A DNA stretch of 53,659 nt from Deltaproteobacteria bacterium (GTDB lineage Bacteria; Myxococcota; B64-G9), in assembly GCA_030591445.1 (NCBI GenBank), contig JAUVBB010000002.1, positions 1 through 53,659 on the forward strand, in the 5' to 3' direction. The translations under genes and the position numbers were made by a program. Position 1 is the stretch's first letter. Every line of letters starts with the position of its first letter. The notes beneath the pieces are model-generated. The model saw only the letters and a program-made list of their open reading frames with translations, had not been told where the DNA came from and did no database searches. Shown here piece after piece: positions 36,431 to 45,439 of this stretch.

Positions 36431-37636
36431 ATGCTGAGAAGATTTCTCGACAAACATGCCCCGGCCTTCGCCCCGGGGGGCAGGTTTGCCCGGCTCTATC
36501 CCCTTTACGAAGCCTTGGATACTTTTCTCTACACCCCAGGCCAGGTCACCACCGGCGCCGCCCATGTGCGCGACCAGGTTAATATGAAGCGACTGATGAT
36601 GACCGTGGTTCTGGGGCTGACCCCGGCCATGTTCATGGCCATGTTCAATACCGGCTACCAAGCCAACCTGGCCCTGGCCGCCGGGTTTCGCGCCAACGGC
36701 TCTTGGCAGTACGCCCTGACCACGGCTCTGGGCGTGGGCTTCGACCCCCAGAACATGTTTGCCAATTTCGTCCATGGGGCTGCCTATTACTTGCCTCTGT
36801 TCCTGCTCACCTTTTTGGTGGGCGGCTTCTGGGAAACCTTGTTTGCCTCCGTGCGCAAACATGAAATCAATGAAGGCTTCCTGATCACCGGCATGCTCTT
36901 TCCCCTGCTGTTGCCACCGAACATCCCATTGTGGCAGGCCGCGCTGGGAATCTCCTTCGGCGTGGTGGTGGGCAAGGAAATTTTCGGCGGGGTGGGCTAC
37001 AACATTTTGAATCCGGCGCTGACCGCGCGGGTTTTTTTGTTCTTTGCCTATCCCGGACAGATCTCGGGCAACGCTTGTTGGGTCGCGGTCGACGGCTATA
37101 GCTCGGCCACCCCCCTGGCCGCGGCCGCCGAACACGGCGCCGGCGCGCTGACCGGCAACCCCCAACTGTGGTGGGATGCCTTCTATGGTTGGTTGCCGGG
37201 CTCCATGGGAGAGACTTCGGCCCTGGCCTTGGGGCTCGGTGGTGTGCTTTTACTGGTCACCGGCGTGGCCTCCGCGCGCATTATCTTCTCGATTACGCTG
37301 GGCACCATCGCCATGTCTTTGCTGCTCAACGCCGTGGGCTCCGAGACCAATGCCATGATGGCCCTGCCTTTCTGGTGGCACATGGTCATCGGCGGTTGGG
37401 CCCTGGGCACCATCTTCATGGCCACTGACCCAGTCTCGGCCCCCTACTCGGATCGGGGCAAGCTCATCTATGGCTTGGCCATCGGCGTGCTGGTGGTCCT
37501 GGTGCGCGCGCTCAATCCCGCCTATCCCGAAGGCATGATGCTATCGATCCTGCTCATGAACGTTTTTGCGCCGCTGATCGACCACTATGTGGTCCAGGCC
37601 CACACCAAGAAAAGGATGGCGCGTCATGGCCGCTAG
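36431..37636 (+). CDS. nqrB: Na+-NQR subunit B
   Basis: The protein begins MLRRFLDKHAPAFAPGG...LYEALDTFLYTPG and is polytopic. The flavinylation-type motif reads DGYSSATPL. I prefer the ATG at 36431 over the TTG at 36422. Confidence 0.93.
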   Translation: MLRRFLDKHAPAFAPGGRFARLYPLYEALDTFLYTPGQVTTGAAHVRDQVNMKRLMMTVVLGLTPAMFMAMFNTGYQANLALAAGFRANGSWQYALTTALGVGFDPQNMFANFVHGAAYYLPLFLLTFLVGGFWETLFASVRKHEINEGFLITGMLFPLLLPPNIPLWQAALGISFGVVVGKEIFGGVGYNILNPALTARVFLFFAYPGQISGNACWVAVDGYSSATPLAAAAEHGAGALTGNPQLWWDAFYGWLPGSMGETSALALGLGGVLLLVTGVASARIIFSITLGTIAMSLLLNAVGSETNAMMALPFWWHMVIGGWALGTIFMATDPVSAPYSDRGKLIYGLAIGVLVVLVRALNPAYPEGMMLSILLMNVFAPLIDHYVVQAHTKKRMARHGR

Positions 37637-38390
37637 ACACGGCACCGGCTACACTTTGGCCTTTGCCGCCGCCGTGTGTCTGGTCTGCTCGATCTTGGTC
37701 TGCCTGGCCGCCGTCGGGCTCAAAGACCGCCAAGAAGAAAACCGGCGTCTGGATCGACAAAAAAACGTGTTGCTGGCGGCCACTTTGATCACTGCCGACG
37801 AAAAACCAAGCCGCGCGGAACTGAGGACACGATTCGAAAACGTCAAAGCCCTGGTCATTGAACTAGCCACCGGTTTGCCGCAAGCAGACATCGATCCCAT
37901 GCGCTTCGATGCCGAAGCGGCCGCCACCGACCCGGTACCAACCAACCCGGCCGGCATCACCAAAATTGCCAAGCATGCGGTGGTCTACCAGGTGCGCAAA
38001 AACGGGCAGCCCGATATGTGGATCCTGCCCATCAAGGGCAAAGGCCTGTGGTCTACCATGTACGGCTTTCTGGCCCTGGACCAAGACACCAGAACCGTAC
38101 GCGGGATCTCTTTCTACGATCATGGCGAGACCCCAGGACTCGGCGGTGAGATTACCAATACCGGCTGGACCGCCCGCTGGGTCGGTCGCCAGGTGCTCGA
38201 CGAGAGCTTCAAACCGGTCTTTCAGGTAATCAAGGGCAGCGCCGGCACCATCGCCGCCGACCCTTTTCGGGTGGACGGTATTTCGGGAGCCACGCTCACG
38301 GGCAACGGGGTGACCGCCACGGTACGATTTTGGCTGGGAGAACATGGTTTCGGCCCGTTCCTTACGAACTTACGGGAAGGAAAGATCTGA
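37626..38390 (+). CDS. nqrC: Na+-NQR subunit C
   Basis: A single N-terminal TM helix is present. The protein shows ETPGLGGEI and the FMN attachment motif [13 protein letters not shown]. Confidence 0.9.
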   Translation: MAARHGTGYTLAFAAAVCLVCSILVCLAAVGLKDRQEENRRLDRQKNVLLAATLITADEKPSRAELRTRFENVKALVIELATGLPQADIDPMRFDAEAAATDPVPTNPAGITKIAKHAVVYQVRKNGQPDMWILPIKGKGLWSTMYGFLALDQDTRTVRGISFYDHGETPGLGGEITNTGWTARWVGRQVLDESFKPVFQVIKGSAGTIAADPFRVDGISGATLTGNGVTATVRFWLGEHGFGPFLTNLREGKI

Positions 38391-38391
38391 G

Positions 38392-39015
38392 ATGGCCAGC
38401 AAAAGAGCCCGCGCCCTCATTGATCCGCTGCTGGACAACAACCCCATCTCCACCCAGGTGCTCGGTATCTGCTCGGCCCTGGCGGTGACCACTCAGATGG
38501 AACCCTCGCTGGTCATGGCCGCCGCCCTGACCGCGGTCTGCGCGGTATCGAATTTGTCCGTCAGTCTGATCCGTCGCCACGTCCCGGCCAATATTCGCAT
38601 CATCGTCATGTTGGTCATCATCGCATCCTTGGTCATCATCACCGACCAAATCCTCAAAGCCTTTTTCTTCGACGTCAGCAAACAGTTATCGGTCTTCGTC
38701 GGCCTAATCATCACCAACTGCATCATCATGGGTCGCGCCGAAGCCTTCGCCATGCAAAATGGGCCCCTCGACAGCTTTCTCGACGGCATCGGCAACGGCC
38801 TGGGCTATAGCGCCTTTTTGCTGCTCACCGGTTTCTGCCGGGAACTGCTCGGCTCCGGCAAACTCTTTGGCGTAGAGGTACTGCCGCTGACCAAAGACGG
38901 CGGCTGGTATACGCCCAACGGGCTGATGCTTTTGGCCCCCGGCGCCTTCTTCATCATTGGCTTTGCGATTTGGGCCCTGCGGGCGTTCAAACCCGATCAA
39001 ATCGAGGCGGACTGA
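38392..39015 (+). CDS. nqrD: Na+-NQR subunit D
   Basis: The protein shows [23 protein letters not shown] and [17 protein letters not shown]. The ATG lies 1 nt after the nqrC stop. Confidence 0.95.
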   Translation: MASKRARALIDPLLDNNPISTQVLGICSALAVTTQMEPSLVMAAALTAVCAVSNLSVSLIRRHVPANIRIIVMLVIIASLVIITDQILKAFFFDVSKQLSVFVGLIITNCIIMGRAEAFAMQNGPLDSFLDGIGNGLGYSAFLLLTGFCRELLGSGKLFGVEVLPLTKDGGWYTPNGLMLLAPGAFFIIGFAIWALRAFKPDQIEAD

Positions 39016-39632
39016 TGTTCGAGCACTACCTCAGCCTTTCGCTCAAAGCCATCTTCGTCGAGAACATGGCCCTGGCCTTTTTCCTGGGCATGTGCTCGTT
39101 CCTGGCCGTATCCAAAAAAGTAGAAACCGCGGTCGGCCTGGGTCTGGCCGTCACTTTCGTGCTGGTCATCACCGTACCGCTCAACCAGGCCATCTACGTA
39201 GGCCTGCTGGCCCCGGGCGCCTTGAGCTGGCTGCATGCCGACTTGGCCACGGTGGATCTGTCCTTCCTGAATTTCCTAACCTTTATCGGCACCATCGCCG
39301 CCATGGTGCAAATCGTAGAGATGATCCTGGACAAGTACGCCCCCGGCCTCTACGGCGCCCTGGGCGTATTCTTGCCCCTGATCGCGGTCAACTGTGCCAT
39401 CCTGGGCGCCTCTTTGTTCATGGTCGAGCGCAACTACTCCCTGCTTGAGTCGGCGGTGTACGGTTTCGGCTCCGGCATTGGCTGGCTGATGGCTATCGCC
39501 GCCCTGGCCGCCATCCGCCAGAAATTGCGCTTCCATAACATCCCGGCACCGCTACGAGGTCTGGGCATCACTTTCATCATCACCGGCTTGATGGCCATCG
39601 CCTTTATGGCTTTCGCCGGAATCCAGCTCTGA
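39015..39632 (+). CDS. nqrE: Na+-NQR subunit E
   Basis: The protein shows [20 protein letters not shown] and [15 protein letters not shown]. Its ATG overlaps the nqrD stop (TGATG). Confidence 0.95.
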   Translation: MFEHYLSLSLKAIFVENMALAFFLGMCSFLAVSKKVETAVGLGLAVTFVLVITVPLNQAIYVGLLAPGALSWLHADLATVDLSFLNFLTFIGTIAAMVQIVEMILDKYAPGLYGALGVFLPLIAVNCAILGASLFMVERNYSLLESAVYGFGSGIGWLMAIAALAAIRQKLRFHNIPAPLRGLGITFIITGLMAIAFMAFAGIQL

Positions 39633-39642
39633 GGCCACCCGC

Positions 39643-40866
39643 ATGGAAACCGTCATTCTCGGTGTCGCCATGTTCTTGTTAGTGATTCTCTCTTTGGTGG
39701 TAGTACTCATGATCGCCAAAAAGAAGCTGGTAGCCAGCGGCGAGGTCCAGCTCAAGATCAACGACCAAGCCGATCTCTCGCGCTCCGTGCCGGCCGGGAG
39801 CACCCTATTGAACACGCTCGCCGCCGAGCAGATCTTCCTGCCTTCTGCCTGCGGAGGCAAAGGCACTTGCGGAGTTTGTACCGTCGCGGTACATGCCGGC
39901 GGCGGCAGCCTGCTGCCCACCGAGACCGGACACATCAATCGCGGTCAGGCCCGGGCGGGCATCCGCTTAGCCTGTCAGGTTAAAGTCAAACAGGACATGG
40001 CCATCGCCATCCCAGCCGAAGTGTTCCAGATCAGAAAATGGACCTGTACCGTGCGCTCCAACCGCGGCGTGGCTACTTTCATCAAGGAGTTGGTACTCGA
40101 GATCCCGGCCGGCGAGCAGGTCCCCTTTCGCGCCGGCGGCTATATTCAGATCGAAGCGCCACCGCACATCGTCAAATATCAGGATTTTGACATTGAGTCC
40201 GAGTATCGCGGCGACTGGGACAAATTCGACCAGTGGCGGTATCGCTCAAAGGTCACCGAGGATATTGCCCGCGCCTACTCCATGGCCAGTTATCCGGCGG
40301 AAAAAGATATCATTATGCTCAACGTGCGCATTGCCAGTCCGCCGCCCAAGCTGCCCAAGGTACCGCCAGGACAGATGTCTTCGTACATTTTCAACTTGAA
40401 AGCTGGTGACCAAGTGGTCATCTCCGGCCCCTATGGTGAATTCTTTGCCCGCGACAGCGAAAATGAAATGTGCTTCGTCGGTGGCGGCGCGGGCATGGCA
40501 CCCATGCGCAGCCACATTTTCGATCAGCTAAAAACCCTCCAGACCAACCGCAAGATCACCTATTGGTACGGCGCCCGCAGCTTGCGTGAGTCTTTCTACA
40601 ATGACGAATTTGACCAGCTAGAAAAAGACCATGCCAACTTCCACTGGCACTTGGCCCTGTCGGAACCCTTGGCCGAAGACCACTGGGATGGCCCGGTAGG
40701 CTTTATCCATCAGGTGCTCTTCGATCAATACCTTTCCCAGCACGATGCCCCCGAAGACATCGAATACTATCTATGCGGCCCGCCCATGATGAACGAGGCC
40801 GTCACCAAGATGCTGCTCGATCTGGGCGTCGAACGCGAAAACATTCTATTCGACGATTTTGGTTAA
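39643..40866 (+). CDS. nqrF: Na+-NQR subunit F (2Fe-2S ferredoxin plus FAD/NADH domain)
   Basis: An N-terminal TM helix is present. The 2Fe-2S cysteines read [12 protein letters not shown]...C. The protein also shows [16 protein letters not shown] and YLCGPPMM. Confidence 0.95.
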   Translation: METVILGVAMFLLVILSLVVVLMIAKKKLVASGEVQLKINDQADLSRSVPAGSTLLNTLAAEQIFLPSACGGKGTCGVCTVAVHAGGGSLLPTETGHINRGQARAGIRLACQVKVKQDMAIAIPAEVFQIRKWTCTVRSNRGVATFIKELVLEIPAGEQVPFRAGGYIQIEAPPHIVKYQDFDIESEYRGDWDKFDQWRYRSKVTEDIARAYSMASYPAEKDIIMLNVRIASPPPKLPKVPPGQMSSYIFNLKAGDQVVISGPYGEFFARDSENEMCFVGGGAGMAPMRSHIFDQLKTLQTNRKITYWYGARSLRESFYNDEFDQLEKDHANFHWHLALSEPLAEDHWDGPVGFIHQVLFDQYLSQHDAPEDIEYYLCGPPMMNEAVTKMLLDLGVERENILFDDFG

Positions 40867-40889
40867 ATGCTGCCTACTGGACCTTAGCC

Positions 40890-41960
40890 ATGAGCAAGAA
40901 TTCCCATAAGCCTTCGCGCGCCTTCGCCGCTTGTCTGCCCATTCTGCTAGCCGGCCTGGCCTGGTGGGCCATCAAGCAGTCTCCCCAAGCCCAAGCCGAA
41001 CCTTTGATCTTCAGCGGGCAAACCATGGGCACCACTTACCAGATCAAAGTGGTCGATACGAACTTGGATCGGGCGCAAATAGAAAAACTGATCAACGCGC
41101 AACTGGATCTGGTCAACCAGGCCATGTCCACCTATCGGGCCGATAGCGAAATCTCCCGTTTCAACGACGCCCGCTCCACCCTGCCCATGAAACTGTCCGC
41201 GCCCACCGTCGAAGTCATCGCCCAGGCACTCGAAATCAACCAACTCTCCGGCGGCGCCTTCGACCCCACCGTCGGTGCCCTGGTGCGCCTCTGGGGCTTT
41301 CACAAAAAGCAAGCGCTCAGCACCGCCCCCAGCCCCGAGACCATCGCCGCCGCCCGCGCCTCGGTAGGCTGCGACAAACTAGTCCTCGATCACAAAGCTG
41401 CCACCCTGCAAAAAACCCGGCCGGACTTGCAAGTCGATCTCGCCGCCATCGCCAAAGGCCGCGCCGTAGACCTCATCAGTGAAGCATTGACCAGCCTCGG
41501 TGCCCGCCATCACATGGTAGAAATCGGCGGCGAAGTCCGCTGCCAAGGCCAAAGCCCCCGCCACACCCCCTGGCGCGTCGGCATCGAACGCCCCGACGCC
41601 GGCCTCCGTGACGTCTACCGGGCCCTAGAACTTAGCGACCAATCTCTGGCCACCTCCGGCGACTATCGCTCCTTTTATCTGCTAAACGGCCAGCGCATTT
41701 CCCACACCATCGACCCCCGCACCGGCCACCCCATCACCCACAAGCTAGCCTCGGTCACCGTCATCCTCCCCGACTGCATGAGCGCCGACGCCTGGGCCAC
41801 CGCCCTAAACGTACTCGGCCCCGTAGCCGGCCTGGCCCTAGCCGAAAAATTGAAGCTCCCCGCCCTCTTCATCACCCGCAACCCCGACCAATCCTTCACC
41901 CAACAAAGCAGCACCCACTTCTCAGCCCTCTTCCCCTCACCACCCGAGAAAACCCCATGA
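40890..41960 (+). CDS. apbE: FAD:protein FMN transferase (flavin transferase ApbE)
   Basis: The protein shows GQTMGTTYQIKV, MSTYRADSEISRFN, GAFDPTVG, DLAAIAKG, ATSGDY and HTIDPRTG. It occupies the canonical position after nqrF. Confidence 0.9.
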   Translation: MSKNSHKPSRAFAACLPILLAGLAWWAIKQSPQAQAEPLIFSGQTMGTTYQIKVVDTNLDRAQIEKLINAQLDLVNQAMSTYRADSEISRFNDARSTLPMKLSAPTVEVIAQALEINQLSGGAFDPTVGALVRLWGFHKKQALSTAPSPETIAAARASVGCDKLVLDHKAATLQKTRPDLQVDLAAIAKGRAVDLISEALTSLGARHHMVEIGGEVRCQGQSPRHTPWRVGIERPDAGLRDVYRALELSDQSLATSGDYRSFYLLNGQRISHTIDPRTGHPITHKLASVTVILPDCMSADAWATALNVLGPVAGLALAEKLKLPALFITRNPDQSFTQQSSTHFSALFPSPPEKTP

Positions 41961-42151
41961 ACCCCCTGCTCATCTTCCTCCTAGCCTTCGCCCTTTTCGC
42001 CCTGACCTTCCTCCTAATCGGTCTCGGCATCCTGCTAAAAAAACGCACCCCATTGAAAGGCTCCTGCCATCAGTCCGTAGACGGCACCCCCTCCGGCTGT
42101 GATACCTGCCATTGCCAAGCAGCAAATAAAAAGAATCTCGATGATTCATAG
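41957..42151 (+). CDS. nqrM: (Na+)-NQR maturation protein NqrM-like
   Basis: This is a 64-aa ORF with one TM helix followed by four Cys (CHQSVDGTPSGCDTCHC). It overlaps the apbE stop (ATGA). Confidence 0.75.
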   Translation: MNPLLIFLLAFALFALTFLLIGLGILLKKRTPLKGSCHQSVDGTPSGCDTCHCQAANKKNLDDS

Positions 42152-42166
42152 AAAAGGAGAAAATCC

Positions 42167-42679
42167 ATGGTGGGGGAAAGCAACTTTTCCATATTTCAGC
42201 TACTGATTCTTGTCATCGGCGCGACTGCTAGCGTGGCAATGATTGTCGGCTGCTTCTTTTCTTGTCTGAAGAAGGACAGCACGACGACCTTCATCTTTGC
42301 CGGAAGTGGTTTGCTAAGCGTATTGGTAACAATGGCACTGTCTTGGTCCGAGTACCTGCAGGAAAAAGCCATGGTTCAGAAATCCATTGCCAACGCGAGC
42401 AGTTACCTTGAATCGGCAAAAGCCATGGCGGGCCTAACCGATTGCGCCAAGATTGTCACCTACAGTTTTTGGCTATCCATTCTACCTTTGGTACTGGGCA
42501 TAGCCTTGCTAGTGAGAGGCATGTTCCTTCTGCCCAATGAAGAGGCAAACTTGGGTAACCGGGTTCGGCTGGTGACTGCGATGGTTTGTGTGGCGGTAGG
42601 AGTTGGGCTGAGTCTGGTAGCCTTTGTAGACTACCTGCGATTCGATGATTTCTTTGCCTTGCTTCTGCTGCTGACCTAA
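42167..42679 (+). CDS. Four-TM membrane protein, no recognised family
   Basis: This 170-aa ORF starts 15 nt after nqrM behind AAGGAGA. It has two TM helices, an amphipathic loop (EYLQEKAMVQKSIANASSYLESAKAMAG) and two more TM helices. It is visibly AT-richer than the nqr genes. Confidence 0.6.
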   Translation: MVGESNFSIFQLLILVIGATASVAMIVGCFFSCLKKDSTTTFIFAGSGLLSVLVTMALSWSEYLQEKAMVQKSIANASSYLESAKAMAGLTDCAKIVTYSFWLSILPLVLGIALLVRGMFLLPNEEANLGNRVRLVTAMVCVAVGVGLSLVAFVDYLRFDDFFALLLLLT

Positions 42680-42689
42680 GGAGCCAGCC

Positions 42690-44030
42690 ATGGACTGGGA
42701 TATGCTCTTTTTTCCAAAGCATTTCTACATATGGACGATCGCTGGGATAACTTTGATGGGGCTGTTAATCGTTCTCATTGCGTCTTTCTCGGCAAAGGAC
42801 GAAAAGCGTTCGCTCCTGGTTCTTCAGTGGGCCTATATCCTAGCAGCGCTATCACCAATCGTCATTACCCTGCCTATGGTATTCCATTCCCATGCAGGAA
42901 AAATACCTGCTCTTGAGGTTGTTACCACTTACCTTGCATCTGAAAAGGTAGTGGTTTTAGCGAGAGGTATTGCTGAATTCAAGAGTTACTGGTTTCTCGG
43001 CGGCCTGGCCTTGATCGTGCTTTGCGCTCTTGGGTTTGTCTGTGTATTTACTTCGTGGCTCCGGCTGGGTAGGTCGGTCGCGAGATCCATTTTGCCAGTG
43101 TTGGCTCTGGGCGGTTATTCAATCGCTTTTATGGTTTCTGGGCTTGGCCTGGTCATACGCAGTGTAGTTCTTATGAACAGCTATTCAGCGGTTTCTTTCG
43201 CGGATTTCGCAGAAAAGAGAATACTGCTAGAGAGAAGTATTTTCGACGCTCCCAACCTGAGTCCTTACCTTATTGTGGCCACAACAGTGTTGCTGATTAC
43301 TTGTCTGATCATCATCGGCTTGACGATAGTCAATAACAAGGGACTCCCTCAGTTGGGAAGGTGGTCTCTGGCGCCTAGTGTCGTCGTCTTGATTCTGGGT
43401 GTTGGTTTATTTACCGCCACTCGTGATCATGCCAGTGATGCAGACTCAATTTCAAAACTGTTCCAAACAATACCGCGCGATGGAGACATATTATTTATCG
43501 AGAAAGACATACAGATACCAGATTTGAAGAACACGCAGAGTCTCGATCAAGCACTTGTCATTTTGATGGGCAAGCGTCACATTGCCATGGAAGGCAGAAG
43601 TATCGGAGCGATTGACGCAGTCATGGCCGACGAAAACTTGTACATCTCACGTTTGCAAGAGCTTCTTGAAAAATCAAAACAAAACCACAAACTACTATAT
43701 CCCCATCAGGAATTCGTTGGTCAAATCATTCTTCAATGTGATCGAGATACTCCGGGCCAAGCCGTGGCCAAAGTCGTAAGGACTTGCCACCAGAGTGAAT
43801 TTCGAAAAATTCAAATCGCAAGTGGTGGTTTGCTAAAAGTCACAACGGCAGTATTGGGTGATTATGTTCGCTACCGTCCAAGAGCAGTTCATATTGAATT
43901 AACAGAAGGACAAAAAGAAAACGTGATTGACCTTCCAGGCCAAGAGAAATTTTGGCAATGGGCAGACAAGATAGATAGATCCTCTGCGGATGGCAGAAAA
44001 GTTCTGATTAGTGTTGAGCAAGCACTGTAG
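42690..44030 (+). CDS. Six-TM membrane protein with an approximately 200-aa soluble C-terminal domain, no recognised family
   Basis: This 446-aa ORF starts 10 nt after the previous gene behind AAGGAG. Its first four helices repeat the TM-TM-loop-TM-TM plan of the upstream protein (loop motif TYLASEK versus SYLESAK). The soluble domain begins at about 43422. Confidence 0.65.
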   Translation: MDWDMLFFPKHFYIWTIAGITLMGLLIVLIASFSAKDEKRSLLVLQWAYILAALSPIVITLPMVFHSHAGKIPALEVVTTYLASEKVVVLARGIAEFKSYWFLGGLALIVLCALGFVCVFTSWLRLGRSVARSILPVLALGGYSIAFMVSGLGLVIRSVVLMNSYSAVSFADFAEKRILLERSIFDAPNLSPYLIVATTVLLITCLIIIGLTIVNNKGLPQLGRWSLAPSVVVLILGVGLFTATRDHASDADSISKLFQTIPRDGDILFIEKDIQIPDLKNTQSLDQALVILMGKRHIAMEGRSIGAIDAVMADENLYISRLQELLEKSKQNHKLLYPHQEFVGQIILQCDRDTPGQAVAKVVRTCHQSEFRKIQIASGGLLKVTTAVLGDYVRYRPRAVHIELTEGQKENVIDLPGQEKFWQWADKIDRSSADGRKVLISVEQAL

Positions 44031-44057
44031 AGATGAGTGAAATAGGTAAGCAGAAAA

Positions 44058-44087
44058 AAGCCCCGAAAAGGGGCTTAGGAACTTTTT
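44058..44087 (+). terminator. Rho-independent terminator
   Basis: AAGCCCC-GAAAA-GGGGCTT forms a 7-bp stem (4 consecutive G:C pairs within it) at 44058-44076, followed by a T5 run at 44083-44087. It lies 28 nt after the stop at 44030. Confidence 0.6.
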
Positions 44088-44139
44088 ACAGATTAACCTA
44101 GATATGCTTATGAGGTTATCACAAACTCCCGTTTCCCAC

Positions 44140-44168
44140 TTGCCAGGTTCACAGTTATTGTGTACTAT
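44140..44168 (+). promoter_or_regulatory. Candidate promoter of the toxin-antitoxin pair
   Basis: TTGCCA lies at 44140-45. After a 17-nt spacer, TACTAT lies at 44163-68. The ATG at 44175 is only 6 nt downstream, so the mRNA would be leaderless or nearly so. Confidence 0.35.
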
Positions 44169-44174
44169 GGTGAC

Positions 44175-44456
44175 ATGATCAAGCTGGTTCGGATATCCGC
44201 GGCGGCGCAGAAGCAGCTCAGAAAAGTTCCGGCACATGTTGTTGACAAACTGCTTGCTTGGGTATTGCTGGTGGAAAACAGGGGGCTTGATGAAGGGAGA
44301 CGGGTACCGGGCTACCATGATGAACCGCTGAAAGGAAAGAGGAAAGGTCAACGCTCTATACGTCTTACCAGGGCTTACCGGGCAATTTACCGGATTTTGA
44401 GAGATGGCAGCATCGAGTTTGTGATTATTGAGGAGGTAAGCAAACATGGCTACTAG
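44175..44456 (+). CDS. Type II toxin, RelE/ParE superfamily (HigB-like gene order)
   Basis: This is a 93-aa ORF from the ATG at 44175. HDEPLKGKRKGQRSIRLTRAYRAIYRI...IEEVSKHGY matches the RelE/HigB-type C-terminal pattern (L.G...G..S.R....R..Y). It overlaps the downstream HTH gene by 11 nt. Confidence 0.8.
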   Translation: MIKLVRISAAAQKQLRKVPAHVVDKLLAWVLLVENRGLDEGRRVPGYHDEPLKGKRKGQRSIRLTRAYRAIYRILRDGSIEFVIIEEVSKHGY

Positions 44457-44760
44457 GAAAAAAAGCGTCGCGGTCAGTTTCCTGGAGGGCATCGCTGGTG
44501 GACCATTGACCCTGGGTCGTCTTATTTACGCCATCCGCACGGGCGAAAATATGAGCCAGGTTGGTTTTGCTGAAAAACTAGGCATTTCGAAATCCCACCT
44601 GTGCGATATCGAAAAAGACCGAAAACCCATAAGCCCAGTAAGGGCTGCAGGATTTGCCAAGCGACTGGGCTATTCAGAAGTGCAGTTTGTTCAACTTGCA
44701 GTACAGGATTCTATGAAACGCGCGGGCCTCAGCTATAAAGTTCACATCGAAGCAGCTTGA
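44446..44760 (+). CDS. XRE-family HTH antitoxin (HigA-like)
   Basis: The HTH reads MSQVGFAEKLGISKSHLCDIEKDRKPIS. The ORF is 104 aa and is preceded by a GAGGAGG Shine-Dalgarno sequence inside the toxin gene. Confidence 0.85.
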   Translation: MATRKKSVAVSFLEGIAGGPLTLGRLIYAIRTGENMSQVGFAEKLGISKSHLCDIEKDRKPISPVRAAGFAKRLGYSEVQFVQLAVQDSMKRAGLSYKVHIEAA

Positions 44761-44821
44761 ATTGTGTTCACCTTAAGGGCATGGGCCTGGCGTCAACTAC
44801 TTTCCGGATGGAGCTGCTTAG

Positions 44822-45427
44822 ATGAATCTACCTTTGCATTGGAAATTGATGTTATGTTCCGTCTTTTTTCTGGGGATCTGCGCCTGCGATCGGCAACCTG
44901 ATGATGCCTATGTAAACAAAGACTTAGGGGTTCGTTTTGACTTTCCGGATGGCTGGAGCCGGATGGAGACCGATGAGTATGGACCGGGCAAAAAAGCGCT
45001 GGTGGTCATCGGGAATTCATCGCGTACGGCGATGATGTCGCTTTCGGCATTCGATATCAGACCCTTTCTTGACGCCATCGAGACCAAGGTCATCCTGTCT
45101 TATGCCAGCCAGGAAAAGATCAACCGGGGAGCGGCGTTCTTTGTCCATATCAACTCGACCTTCGAGAAGTCTTTTTCCAAGCGCTATGACGATTACGAAT
45201 TGCTGGATCAGACCTGGACCAAACTGCTCCCAGGAGGCGCGGCCACGGAAATGATATTCACGGGCAGCCGGCCGGGCGAAGATCCCAAGTGGCGGAAGGT
45301 GGTCATCATTCTGGTTGAGGAAGTAGAAGACTACGGCATGATCATGGCGTTCAGTGTACCCATGGATGCCAACGAGAAATTCCAAAAGGATTTCAGAGCC
45401 ATTGAAAACAGCTGGAAAAAGCTGTGA
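44822..45427 (+). CDS. Secreted protein or lipoprotein, unknown function (possibly a PsbP/DcrB-like fold)
   Basis: The signal peptide ends in LGICAC. The mature part begins DDAYVNKDLGVRFDFPDGWSRME, the F.(F/L)P.GW pattern seen in DcrB/PsbP-like lipoproteins. The fold assignment is a guess. Confidence 0.55.
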   Translation: MNLPLHWKLMLCSVFFLGICACDRQPDDAYVNKDLGVRFDFPDGWSRMETDEYGPGKKALVVIGNSSRTAMMSLSAFDIRPFLDAIETKVILSYASQEKINRGAAFFVHINSTFEKSFSKRYDDYELLDQTWTKLLPGGAATEMIFTGSRPGEDPKWRKVVIILVEEVEDYGMIMAFSVPMDANEKFQKDFRAIENSWKKL

Positions 45428-45439
45428 GTAGCGGTAAGA

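Noticed and set aside
43899-44492. A 197-aa minus-strand ORF spanning the end of the six-TM gene, the terminator and the toxin gene.
   Set aside because: It crosses an intergenic terminator hairpin and overlaps two better-supported plus-strand genes. It has no recognisable motifs.
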